Assembly: GCA_950097015.1 (NCBI GenBank)
Contig: CATNEN010000002.1
Coordinates: forward strand, 7,254,001-7,318,000
Reading direction: 5' to 3'
DNA length: 64,000 bases
Source of the DNA: Macrostomum hystrix
Taxonomy: Eukaryota; Animalia; Platyhelminthes
The notes under the pieces: generated by a model
Seen by the model: only the letters and a program-made list of their open reading frames with translations
What the model was told of the DNA's origin: nothing
The model's database searches: none
Translations under genes and position numbers: made by a program
Shown: positions 49,024 to 61,339 of the stretch, piece after piece
Layout of the letters: each line of letters starts with the position of its first letter
Position numbering within the stretch: the first letter of the stretch is position 1

Positions 49024-52000
49024 ATGTTAAATTCTGCATTGCAGGATCGCAGCAGCCAAATTCCACCACATCTGCCAGCGATTGGCGAGTTGGCTGCAGG
49101 TCCTCGACATTTGCAACCTCGGCACCTGCTCGCACCATTTCGTCATTATCATCATCAGCATCAACAGCATCAGCAGTACAGATTCCACCAGGCGCCGCCT
49201 CCTAGGCATCTGCATCCCGGACCTCGTCCCATCGGCCAGTTGGCTATGCCTTCGCCTTCCGCCCCTCCCCCGCCGCCTCCCCCACCTCCACCGCCAGCGG
49301 CAGATGTGACGAATGAAGCCACAAATTCAAACATCGGCGCCTACTGCGCGAGCCGCGTGCCCCCACCGCCATTCCCAGTTGCCAGCCAGTTGAGCAGTCG
49401 ATCGTCAGCTTCAATTAATGAGCAGCTGCACGATTATCCTACTCCAAACAAGATGGCCCGCCTGGCCAATCACAATGAGCCTTTGTTTGCATCCGATGAT
49501 TATTACAAAGAACCACCAGCTGCGGAAGTTGAAAACCAGACCGATGAGGTTCAAGACGAGATCAGTGACGCGGAATCTGTTGAAATTGATGACGGTCATC
49601 CGGACGGATGTTCGGCAGCGGGCCCAACAGAGACTCTGCTCTCCCGTTGCTACAGACGCGCCCTGTCGCGCGAGTCTGTACAGCCGGGCTTCGCCAGGAT
49701 TCGCGGAATGGCCGCGTTGGCCGCCGAACCTGACCGGGAGCTGCTGGCTGAATTGGCTAGCTTGAAGTCCCTGCCTGAGCCGCCTGTGATGCAATTCTAT
49801 TCGTGCGATTATTGCTCGTTTAGCACCGAATTCGAGGGTCAGGCGGCAATCAAACTCGTCATGGAGCATCTGACAGCTGCTGGACACGGCACCGCTAGCA
49901 GGTTCGCGCACTGTCCTGCTACACCTATTTATAATGCACCTGTTATTAATATAGCTAAAATAGCTGTCTAAAATATGGCTACACCTGTTAAAAGTGCAGC
50001 TGATGATGAATCACACAGGTACGCGCGCACGGAGGACGGCCGTGTGTCGGTGTCTAACCCGGCCCAGCTGGTCGCCCCCAGTCGCAGCAAGCGGGCCGCC
50101 GATGCCAGTCGTGTGGCCATTGTCTGTCCAGCCTGCCTGCTCCAATTCGACAGCAAATTCGCCTGCGGCCTGCACCACCTGCTGCACCACTCTGGCCGCA
50201 CCGAACGCTACGCCCTGCTGCCCGTGCTGGCCAGCCGCAGTGTCGCATTCACCCCAGCTCACCTGTGCAAGCCCTGCGGTCGGGAGTTCGCGTCGGCTGA
50301 AGAACTGCACCGGCATTGGATCACCGGGGCCGGCTGCTGTCCTTTTCCTGGACTACCGACTGACCAGCAGCAGCAGCAGCAAGCTGTCCTGGTTCATGTG
50401 GCCTGTCCCTACTGCAAGAGACAATTCGCTTCTGTGTTGCGGTCACAGACGACCGCTGGTGAGTGACCGCGCTCGGACCAATGTCGATGACGATGAGAAA
50501 ATCAGTGCAGATGTACACACATGTGTGAGCGTATGCCTGTGTACAGTAACTGTGTGCGTGTGTGCTCAGGAGTCAGCGAAATGGGCAGAATTGTCTCCTC
50601 GTTGGTTACCAGGTTATAATGATATTTTGTGAATGCAATGAGCTCAGGCCATATCTGACCATTTTTCATCACGTCATGCTCATACTTGTCTCATCTCAAA
50701 CCTGCTCAATTGTCCAAAGGTGCTGCTTCTGTCAGCTCATACTCGCCGTCCTGCCGCACCGCGCTGTCATTGCTGGCTGCCCGTCGTCACATTGTTGGGT
50801 TGCACGTCCAGCGCAGCTCCGGCAGCCACGCCGCCCTCTTGAACATGCGCGTCACCTTCCTGGGCCTGGGTGCGAATCGAACTCGCGTCCTCACCGTGCC
50901 ACCGTTGACCCAGCGCAGCCCGTGCGACACCCTGCTGTACTGCATCAAGCTGGCCAAGGAGGTCAAGGCGCAGCTGGACAGGGACTGCCCTGCCAGCTGC
51001 CCGCTCTCTGAGCGGATGCGGGCCGAGATTGTCCAACTGCAGCAGATAATGCTGGCTGCTGCCAAGTAGGGCCACAGCACAATGGACATGCTTCTTCTGC
51101 TCAAACGAGTCCAGAGCTGTTGCAATTCCTTTAATCTTTTTTATTAATCTAGATTTTCTAGATCGCGGTTCGGCAAACCGAAATGCCCGTCGGGCCAAAA
51201 TAGAAATCTAAATTAAGACGTCTGCCGGCTGGATTTGAGATGGAAAATTGCATAAGACAGGACAGAGATGAGACACTGGAGAGAGATGAGACGCTGGAGA
51301 GATATGAGACGCTGGAGAGATATGAGACGCTGGAGAGAGATGAGACACTGGAGAGATATGAGACGCTGGAGAGATATGAGACACTGGAGAGAGATGAGAC
51401 GCTGGAGAGATATGAGACGCTGGAGAGAGATGAGACACTGGAGAGAGATAAGACAGGGGAGAGAGATGAGACACTGGGGAGAGATAAGACAGGGGAGAGA
51501 GAGATGAGACACTGGAGAGAGATGAGACACTGGAGAGAGATGAGACACTGGGGAGAGATAAGACAGGGGAGAGAGATGAGACACTGGGGAGAGATAAGAC
51601 AGGGGAGAGAGATGAGACACTGGAGAGAGAGATGAGACACTGGGGAGAGATGAGACGCTGGAGAGAGATGAGACACTGGAGAGAGATAAGACAGGGGAGA
51701 GAGATGAGACACTGGAGAGAGATGAGACGCTGGAGAGATATGAGACGCTGGAGAGAGATGAGACACTGGAGAGAGATAAGACAGGGGAGAGAGATGAGAC
51801 ACTGGGGAGAGATAAGACAGGGGAGAGAGAGATGAGACACTGGAGAGAGATGAGACACTGGGGAGAGATAAGACAGGGGAGAGAGATGAGACACTGGGGA
51901 GAGAGATGAGACACTGGAGAGAGAGATGAGACACTGGGGAGAGATGAGACGCTGGAGAGAGATGAGACACTGGAGAGAGATAAGACAGGGGAGAGAGATG

Positions 52001-53133
52001 AGACACTGGGGAGAGATAAGACAGGGGAGAGAGAGATGAGACACTGGAGAGAGATGAGACACTGGGGAGAGATAAGACAGGGGAGAGAGAGATGAGACAC
52101 TGGAGAGAGATGAGACACTGGAGAGAGATGAGACACTGGAGAGAGATAAGACAGGGGAGAGAGATGAGACACTGGGGAGAGATAAGACAGGGGAGAGAGA
52201 TGAGACACTGGAGAGAGAGATGAGACACTGGAGAGAGATAAGACAGGGGAGAGAGATGAGATACTGGAGAGAGATATGAGACACTGGGGAGAGATAAGAC
52301 ACTGGGGAGAGATAAGGCAGGAAAGTTTTTTGTACGATAGACAATAGAAAGTCAGGAGTGATATATACATAAAAAATACATATTAGATCGATTAACAAGC
52401 GGCATAGATAGTTCTAGGGATAAGATCTAGCACATTTTTAGGCCAAAGTTTGCCGACACCTTACTCAAGATTGTTTATATCGTTCCATTTTTAATTAATT
52501 GCATGTCATAATAAATACTGTAGTTGTTGTTTTCTTTCAACAAAGTGTTTTGCAGCTTTTTTATTTCATTGTCTGCTTTCAACTTCTAGTCACATCTAGA
52601 GAAATCATCGTCTTATTAATCGGATAAATTCGGGGCTAGCGAGGAGGCAATTCTGCCCATTCCGCTGACTCCTGAGCACACTCAAACACAGATACCCTGA
52701 CTTTCTTATTGGTCAGGCGGTGTCAAGGTGCACGACAAGCCCTCTTACCGCGGCTGCGCCCCAAATGAATAGGCCTCGCCGCGAGAATCGAGCTTGGGGA
52801 CTTTGGTACGCGTAAGACCAACTCCATCTCAGGGTACCAGAATCAGCAGGCAGGGAAATTAGGATGTATTTGGCGGCCTTCTCTGTCCAGACTAAACAGC
52901 TGGGTGTACACCACCTTTAGAAGGGCTGCTGTGGCACCAGGCCAGGTGTTGTTTCTGTCTGCCTTATTCAATTGACTCTTGGCGGGTTTGCAGCCAGCTA
53001 CCGAGTTGAGGCCAAAGCCAAAGCGCTAGCGATAGCGGCCGAGAGTTCACACACCGAGTCCGCTGCTGTTGAATTCAGGCGGGTGCTGCCAAAAATTGAA
53101 GGCCTAACAGCTGAATTGTGGCCAAACAGCTGA
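49024..53133 (+). CDS. Pro-rich, multi-C2H2 zinc-finger coding region; possibly the 5' half of the Polycomb-like gene
   Basis: Phase-compatible exons 49024/49045-49901, 50019-50458, 50720-51065 and 52998-. Fingers CDYC…HLTAAGH, CPAC…HHLLHH and CKPC…HRHW, plus a partial CPYC. Either ends at TGA 53133 or splices on to 53130. The 5' end is uncertain. Confidence 0.62.
50483..50600 (+). mobile_element. SINE fragment, intronic
   Basis: GACGATGAGAAAATCAGTGCAGATGTACACAC…GCTCAGGAGTCAGCGAAATGGGCAGAATTG is shared with the other copies. Confidence 0.8.
51262..52320. repeat. GA-rich 18-20-bp minisatellite (GAGACACTGGAGAGAGAT variants), intronic
   Basis: Direct. Confidence 0.95.
52633..52812 (-). mobile_element. 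SINE, internally deleted copy
   Basis: Matches 62490-62715 with gaps. Confidence 0.78.
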
Positions 53134-53150
53134 GCACTGCTCAACCCGGC

Positions 53151-56100
53151 ATGGCAGCCAGCGGAGCTGCCGCCGACTGCGGCTTGGAGCGCTGTTATTG
53201 GCGCGCTCACTCAGGGGTTATTGTGACGGCGGAGATTCTGTCCTCGCTTCAGCAACAGCAGCAGCGCCTAAAACAGCAGCAGCAGCAAAAGCAGTTGCTG
53301 TTAATCAGATTGTTGGACACAGGCGAGAAGCGCCTGGTCCGCCTCAGAGACACCTGGCCCTGCCGCCTGAGACCCGCCTCCGCATTGAACTCGTCAGCTC
53401 GATCGCCGCCAACCTGTCAGAAATGTCGCCAGCGTGTGGACCAGGCGGATAGGCACGCCACGATATTGTGCCAGGAGTGCGGCAACCATTATCACACCGC
53501 CTGCGGCCTGATTGACCAGGCCATGACCGATGGCTATGACAGCGGCTTCTTCCGCTGCAGAAACTGCTGCTTCCGGCTGGCCGTCCGCCCGCTTGGCGCC
53601 GTGTCCGACGGTCGCGACGGCCGCCTTCTGCGCGCGGTCAAGCGACACCTGGAGTACAGTCCAGCCCAGCTGACTTGGCCCAATGATCTGGAGAATGCGG
53701 ACAATGTGTACTGCTACTGCGGCGGGCCCGGCAACACAGCCTACGGCATGCTGCGCTGCATCGCCTGCAAACAGCATTTTCACCTGGCCTGCGTGCAGGA
53801 CCTGCCTGATTGGATGCGCTACGGACTGCTGCCCTGGGATCGGTGAGTTCTGGTCTGAAATCCTGGACTTGCGGGTTTTTTTTCAGAAATAATCTACTGA
53901 GATCCTCATTATTCATCTAGTGAAATCCTCATTATTCATCTAGTGAAATCCTCATTATTCATCTAGTGAAATCCTCATTATTCATCTAGTAAAATCCTCA
54001 TTATTCATCTAGTGAAATCCTCATTATTCATCTAGTGAAATCCTCATTATTCATCTAGTGAAATCCTCATTATTCATCTAGTGAAATCCTTATTATTCAT
54101 CTAGTAAAATCCTTGTTATTCATCTAGTAATACGGGAGAATATGGGAGGATACGGGAGAATGTGGGAGGATACGGGAGAATATGGGAGGATACGGGAGAA
54201 TGTAGGAGGATACGGGAGAATATGGGAGGATACGGGAGAATGTGGGAGGATACGGGAGAATGTAGGAGGATACGGGAGAATATGGGAGGATACGGGAGAA
54301 TGTGGGAGGATACGGGAGAATGTAGGAGGATACGGGAGAATGTGGGAGGATACGGGAGAATGTGGGAGGATACGGGAGAATGTGGGAGGATACGGGAGAA
54401 TGTGGGAGGATACGGGAGAATGTGGGAGGATACGGGAGAATGTGGGAGGATACGGGAGAATGTGGGAGGATACGGAGGATACGGAAGAGCACGTGTGTTA
54501 CAAAATAATCTGGTGTGGAATGATGTGAGTGAAATGCTAGTATACTCGTAATATGCTGTTATTATCTCATACTCACCAATAGGTTCTACGCCTTCCTTTG
54601 CGCCTGCTGCAACAAGTTCGAGCCCCAGCCAGGCACCGAGTTCGTGCACCGGCTGCCGATGCGCTGGCCGGATCTGGTCCACATGAGCCTGCTGAACCTG
54701 GCTGCCACCAGCGAGAGCTCCGGCTTCCACTGGGCCCGGCATGTCACGCCCTGGCTGCGCTCCGTCTGGCACCGACTGTACGTGTCCAACCTGCGCATGG
54801 CCGACCTTGAGACCCAGGTGAACTGACTGTGCAACACCTTCTAGTGTGCCCTGTCTGTGTGTCTGTAGGCCTGTCTTTCTGTTCTGTCTTTCTGTTCTGT
54901 CTGTAGGCCTGTCTTTCTGTTCTGTCTTTCTGTTCTGTCTGTAGGCCTGTCTTTCTGTTCTGTCTTTCTGTTCTGTCTGTAGGTCTGTCTTTCTTTCTAT
55001 CATTTTTCTGTAAGTCTAATTGCTAGTGAAGTCAGTGCAGCCTATAAAAAGTGCTGATCTGTCTCTCAAGGTGGTTCAAGCGCTGGCCGGCCACACCAAG
55101 CGCTTCCAGTCAGTCGTGATGTCGGCCGGCGACACTCTCTATCGGCCGCTCTGCCCGCTGCGCCCGCCCGTGGTGACGCCGCCGCAGCCTGGCAGCCACC
55201 TGGCCCGCGTCAACTGGGCCGCCCGCATCACCTATGCGCCTCCGCGTGGCGACCTGCCCGCCGGCCTGCTGCGAGATCCTTCAACGCCCGGCCCAGACGA
55301 AGCCGACGCCATCGCCTTGGCGACCGCGGCTGCGGCGAATTCCGCCTCGGCTGGCATGAAAACTGCGCCGTCGACGGCTCGACTGGGCGAAATGGACGAC
55401 AAGGTCGACTACGACGAAGATGACGAAGGCAGTGACGTCAGCTTTGATGAAGATAACGATCAGCTGCTCGACGAAGACTCCGCCGACGACCTTCTGGATG
55501 CGGACTTCAAGCCGGGTGCGGCCGCTGACAATCCGGCTTCGTTTAAGTCGACTTCGTCGGTGACGGAGTCTCCGATTTCGTCTGTGGCCGGCTCAGGCAC
55601 TGGAGCTTCGGCTGGGTGAGGCTTGCTTCATTCTTTCCAATTGTTTTTTGTTTTTTATGATGCATTCAAAATGAACACATTGCTTGAAGAAGATTGGTTC
55701 AAATCTAAGATTGGCGCCTCAACTACGAAACTAAATTCTATGCTCTTTCTTTAATACGAATTATTCAACGTCTCACGTTTAGCCGCCGTAGATTCGCGCC
55801 TAGTCAGCGTCGCAGCCTTCAGCAGCAGCCTCAGTCGTCCAAGCAGCGACGCCGTCGGCCGCTAATGAATCTGCCGCGTCGGAAGCCGACAGCTGGTGAC
55901 GCTCCGGCCACGTCGTCACGCGGCGTCAAACGTTGCCGGCCAGCAGAAGATGCGGACTCGGGCGAGCCCACATCGCCGCCGGAGAAGCGGGAGGCGCCGT
56001 TGCGACGCAGCGCTAAGCCGAACTTCTTGCGCGACCCGGCGGCCAGCTCCGGCATTTTAGACAGCGACAGCGAGGAGCAGTCCTATCACAGCGCCGATTT

Positions 56101-56929
56101 TAACACCTCCGAGGACGACATCAATGATGCTGACTTTGTGATTCGCGGTTCCAGGCCGCCGGGTCGTTCCGGCGACAGGCGGCAGCGCAGCGGTGGTAGC
56201 CGACTGTCCAGTCGTCAGCGGCGTCGGCAGCGTCGCAGGCTGGACTCCAGCGATCTGGACTCGGCAGCTGGCAGCTACGTCGCCGATGCCGACGCTGCTG
56301 CAGACTTTGACGATTCCAAGGCCGGTGTTGACTCAGTCGAGGCCGCCGACGTAATCGAGCCTTCCGACGAGCTGAAAATTGACATCTTGGAGGAAGAGTC
56401 GGATTACAAACTGCAGCAGCCGCCGCAGCAGCAGCAGCAGCAAACTAAGAGACGCCAGACGCAGCCGTCGAAGTCGCGAGCTTCTCGTCCGCAGTCGTCG
56501 GCATTGCGTCGGTTGGCTGCCGGTGGCTCCGGGAGATCTCGTGGCTCAGCCTCAGCTGCTCGCTCTGCATCGGCCGCGGCGTCGCCCTCCGTGCCATCAG
56601 GACCGATTCGCTTCGTGGCACCCGACGCCGCCTCCGTGCTGGCGTTCATCCCGCCGTCAGATCGGCATCCGTTTCGGCTGCCCTGGGAGCTGCCGGTGCA
56701 CACGGATGTCAGAGCCAGGCGCACTCTCTGGCTGCAGGTTCATGCAGTTCTGCCGCCGCCCGACATACCGGCGAAGCTTTCCGAGCTGGAGTCTCGCTTA
56801 GACGTGGCCTGTCGCGCTAGGCACGGCTCGCCTAGGAAGCTGCTGATTGGCCAGCTGATGGGCACCAGGGACAGGCGACTGCCAGACGGCAAGACGACTG
56901 CGCACGACTCGCTCTGCAGATGGTGGTGA
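53151..56929 (+). CDS. Pcl: Polycomb-like protein (PHF1/MTF2/PHF19 family): degenerate Tudor, PHD1, PHD2, extended-homology/winged-helix domain, acidic region, C-terminal chromo-like segment
   Basis: Exons 53151 (or 53130)-53842, 54583-54817, 55071-55615 and 55783-56929, all phase-compatible. Diagnostic PCL sequence: LEY…LTW…N…YCYCGGPG…MLRC..CKQHFH..C…LLPWDRFYAFLC..C…EFVHRL.MRWPDLVHMSLLNL. Confidence 0.9.
53905..54127. repeat. 23-bp minisatellite (ATCTAGTGAAATCCTCATTATTC)n, intronic
   Basis: Direct. Confidence 0.95.
54131..54480. repeat. 20-bp minisatellite (TACGGGAGAATGTGGGAGGA)n, intronic
   Basis: Direct; abuts the 23-bp array. Confidence 0.95.
54860..54990. repeat. CT-rich intronic repeat (TCTGTAGGCCTGTCTTTCTGTTCTGTCTTTCTGTTCTG)
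   Basis: About three units. Confidence 0.85.
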
Positions 56930-56989
56930 CCTTTGTACTCGCGTTATTAGGGCATGCTTTCTTGCGGTTCTGAAAGTTATTTAGAAGCT

Positions 56990-57270
56990 TCTATTGGTCT
57001 GGAAGCGAAAGCCGTAAGATCCTTTCTGATTGGTGAGGAGGCGAAAGGCGTTAAATACTTTCTGATTGGTCGGGAAGCAAAAGACTATCGAGACTTTCTG
57101 ATTGGTCGGGAAGCAAAAGACTATCGAGACTTTCTGATTGGTCGGGAAGCAAAAGACTATCGAGATTTTCTGATTGGTCGGAAAGCAAAAGACTATCGAG
57201 ACTTTCTGATTGGTCGGGAAGCAAAAGACTATCGAGACTTTCTGATTGGTCAGGATGCGAAAGGCGTTAG
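56990..57270. repeat. 36-bp minisatellite (TTTCTGATTGGTCGGGAAGCAAAAGACTATCGAGAC)n
   Basis: Direct, with degenerate flanking units. Confidence 0.93.
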
Positions 57271-58544
57271 AACAATAAATTGTTTTGAGAACTAGATTAG
57301 AATCTAAAGTTTCTCAGACCTCGCTGGTGATTCAATCAGTTTTTGAATTCGCCAGCAGATCATATTAAATATCTTAGTTTTAGAACTTTTGGAACCTTTA
57401 TTTCAATTAGCTGCTAACTCACAGCAAAGTTTCTGTGTTGCCATAGTGTCTTGCTGTACCGATTTAAAGCCTTTATTTCTTAGTTTAATTTCCTTAATCT
57501 GCTGCGTGTAATATAAATTTAACGTAGTTTCCTGATTAATGAAATAAAAATGTCAAATATAAATGTCCTTATTATCTTTTCTTTTCTTTAAAAAGTGATA
57601 TGAGTAAAACATATTTAACAACATGCGGCGCAAGCCCTTGATTACAAAACTATGTTTCAGATAATCTGCTTAATGCATTTATAGCATTTCTATAGGCTTT
57701 ATGCTTGCTGTAATGTGACATTTATCTATTTAGCTACTTCTAATCGGAAACCATTTGAAACCTTCTAATCAAAACTGCCGTTGTCAAATTAGTTCATCGT
57801 TTCAGATTTCCTATTAAATCATTCCTTCGTGCCAAATCATGTTGGCCATATCAATTACAGCTTTTTTATTAAAAACGAACTTTTTTTGTTAAAACTAAGC
57901 TACGCTTTTGAAAAGCTGTTTTGTAGGGTTTTGGCATGGCGTGATTTTAAGCTGTGTAAACAGAACATTTTTCTTGTTTGTTTGATGTTGTTAGTTCAAT
58001 TTGTACTTTTGTTTAAGATTCTTCTGTTCACACAGTCCCGTGTATTTCTCTTTGAGAATTGAAAGTCTGTCAGTTTGTCTTAGATTTTTGTGTTTTTAAT
58101 TTTGTCACATTTTTCCTCAATCGATATTTTTCATGTCTAAAGATGAGTGCTTATTGAGTGTAGAATTGTAAGGTTTTCTGGTATTTAGTGTCTAACATAT
58201 TTATATTTAAAATACACCGCAACCAGTGTGCCTATTGTGCATGATCAATTCACTCCTTAATTATTCTATCCGCTTGCATAGAGGCTAAAACATCCTAACA
58301 TTTCTTTTTTGCTAAGGGCTGTTATATTCTAGAAAATATTTATTGACGTGTCGAAAAAGTTACATGTTTTTTTATGAAAGTACACTATGCTTTCCTTCGG
58401 ATGGATTTTTGTCACGAATTTGAGAACTTTGTCTGCTTTTCTGCATATTCAGTCCTATTTTTTATTAACATGCGCGTTATCAATGCTGTAGAGTTTAACT
58501 CTAATAGCCAATCAGCTGTCTGGTCTTCTTAAATTTTGTACATT

Positions 58545-59190
58545 CGCTAGCCATGAGCTGTGTCGCTAGCTTAAAGCATGTACATTCGCTAGCCAATGAG
58601 CTAGCTGTCTGGCTAGCTTAAAGCACGTACATTCGCTAGCCAATGAGCTGTGTCGCTAGCTTAAAGCGTGTACATTCGCTAGTCAATGAACTGTGTGACT
58701 AGCTTAAAGCATGTACATTCGCTAGCCATGAGCTAGCTGTCTGGCTAGCTTAAAGCACGTAAATTCGCTAGCCAATGAGCTGTGTCGCTAGCTTAAAGCA
58801 TGTACATTCGCTAGCCAATGAGCTAGCTGTCTGGCTAGCTTAAAGCACGTACATTCGCTATCCAATGAGCTGTGTCGCTAGCTTAAAGCATGTACATTCG
58901 CTAGCCAATGAGCTGTGTGACTAGCTTAATGCATGTACATTCGCTAGCCAATGAACTGTGTCGCTAGCTTAATGCACGTACATTCGCTAGCCAATGAGCT
59001 GTGTCGCTAGCTTAAAGCGTGTACATTCGCTAGCCAATGAACTGTGTGACTAGCTTAATGCATGTACATTCGCTAGCCAATGAACTGTGTGACTAGCTTA
59101 ATGCATGTACATTCGCTAGCCAATGAACTGTGTGACTAGCTTAAAGTATGTACATTCGCTAGCCAATGAGCTGTGTCGCTTGCTTAAAGC
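58545..59190. repeat. 43/47-bp minisatellite (GTACATTCGCTAGCCAATGAGCTGTGTCGCTAGCTTAAAGCAT)n
   Basis: Direct. Confidence 0.95.
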
Positions 59191-60660
59191 ATATACATTT
59201 GCCAGGCAGGTAGTTACAGAATGCAGATTCGTCTAACTATTAAGGCTAGGAATCGGATAGATTTTCGCCAGTCATTGTGAATTATAGTAAAGCCTAAAGA
59301 ATGTACATTTCAGCAGCCAGAAGAGCTTTGTGAATTCTTTGGAATGTGCATTCTATCCTATCACTGTAGGGCTGCGCACCGCACGGCTGTATATTATAGC
59401 TTGCTCTGTCCTGTGTTATCCATACGCATACTTTATGATATATTTACTGTTATTCGGGTCTGCTCACTGCTCAGTGTCAACTCAAATGCCTTAAGAATGC
59501 CCCCTAAATGCCTAGCCTGCTTTGAAAATACAACTGATAATCTATCGCAATTTTCTTGATAAATATATATTGGAAAATGTATATGTACTCACAACTTCAT
59601 TGATCGCATAGCTTCAATTTACAGTTTCACCTCTGATCACTAAACCCTGCGCTCAGAAGCAGCTTGGATATTGTGACCGGCCAAATCTTTGTGTGATTTT
59701 TCTGCTTCGGCTTCTTTTCTATGAGTCTAAGGAGGTTGTTGCATAAAATACCATAAAAATGCCCACTGACCTTGCCATAGATTACGAGCATAATTACAAA
59801 TTGTAATTGCTTGCAATTATTCTCAACTAGCTATTCTCAAAATGCTACAGTACTTAAGACTCTAGATAGGCTTTGACATAGACAAGTTTAAGAAGGAGAC
59901 TATACGAGCTATCAGAGGTTTAAAAAAGTGGTTAAGTCCATAGACAAAAATGACGACGGAACTGAAAGTTCCGAACAGCCAAGCTCGAGAAAGAATGAAA
60001 TCGCTTGTCGGTCCACGGAGAGTGTATAGGATTTGGCCATAGACGATTGCTTCCACACCCCAGAACCAGCCTACGAGTTTTGTCTGTTTGAATGGAGTCC
60101 CTGAGGCTATGGGGGTTACTTAAAAAGGCAGCCAGTCTCATATCTTAAGGACTAATCAATAACTAGTTGTCTAGGCCCTTGCAGAGTTGAATTCTCTATC
60201 CACATATTTAGGAGTAAGGAGAAAGAGGAGAATGATGCTGATTTTGGCTGATTACAACTATACATTGTAATGTGCAGTTTAACGAACGAACTGAATAGGG
60301 AATTCAAAATTTCGGAAAATTGCAGTTTTGAGACATCAAATGGGTGTGAATGTTACAAAATGTGTCATTTTAGATATATATTTTAGAGTACGTGCAATTT
60401 ATCTACATTCTATTAGATTTTTCGATAGCGCGAATGCGTATGGCACATTAAATATGAAGTTTAGAGAATTTTCTATCTATAAAATGTGCTATTTTTAGGG
60501 AATGCTCAGCAGCGACTGTTCAATTTACAGAGCTAGATTTTGTTATAATCTGCCATCTGATGATAACTTTCAAACTGGATGTGTTTGACGAATTTTTGGT
60601 TAATTTCATTGACAAAGGCTTACTGCATGTCAAAAACTCCTAAATGCTGATTTAAAGAAA

Positions 60661-61262
60661 GGTAGTTGTTATTTGTCCGGTTACCCGGACAAATAGCCGT
60701 TTGATTATTCGTCTGGTTAACCGGTTAACAGTGACTTTGCTGTCAACCACTGATGTCAAAGTGGTGGTAAAATTCATGTAGGCATCGTTTCTTAGAAATG
60801 TTTATCATATAAATCCATTGTTGAGTTAGCTGAGTCCCTGGCAAATTAGGAAACTAAAAGCTAACCTATCTAACTAAAAGGGCAATTGATCTATATGCTA
60901 TCTATATATAATTTTAGGTTGCCGATTGCCGACAGACCAATGCCTGGATCAAGGAACAGCTATGTCTTCGTTTATATATATATATATATCTTAATATATT
61001 GCCTCTTAATATACTTATTTATTTATTTAATAAATAGTAGATTGTAAATAAATATTTAATTAATAAATAAATAGTTATACTACAGTGGTCCTTGAATCTG
61101 ATTCCCTTCAAAACTTAAGGCTTTTAAAATGTCAAATTTACTCAGTATAGCAAGATGCAGGAGATATAGTCAACACCGAAAACTTAAAGTTTTGGTTTTA
61201 ATTTAACCGGACGAATAATCAAACGGCTATTTGTCCGGTTAACCGGACAAATAACAACTGCC
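60661..61262. mobile_element. 602-bp non-autonomous DNA transposon (MITE), Mutator- or Merlin-like
   Basis: About 60-bp TIRs (GGTAGTTGTTATTTGTCCGGTT… / …AACCGGACAAATAACAACTGCC). 9-bp TSD TTAAAGAAA at 60652-60660 and 61263-61271. AT-rich non-coding interior. Confidence 0.9.
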
Positions 61263-61339
61263 TTAAAGAAAAGGCACAGATCATGAAGCAGGAAATAAGG
61301 CATCATCAGTCAGCAAAAACACTCGCAGTCCATGGTTGC

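Noticed and set aside
51158-52398. 356-396-aa minus-strand ORFs (SPVSHL/QCLISL repeats)
   Set aside because: Non-triplet intronic minisatellite, open in several frames by composition.
56954-57295. 36-bp repeat ORF (FLIGREAKDYRD)n as an extra Pcl exon
   Set aside because: Available donors near 56922 are phase 2 while the candidate acceptor is phase 1; the Pcl C-terminal motif is already complete at 56929.
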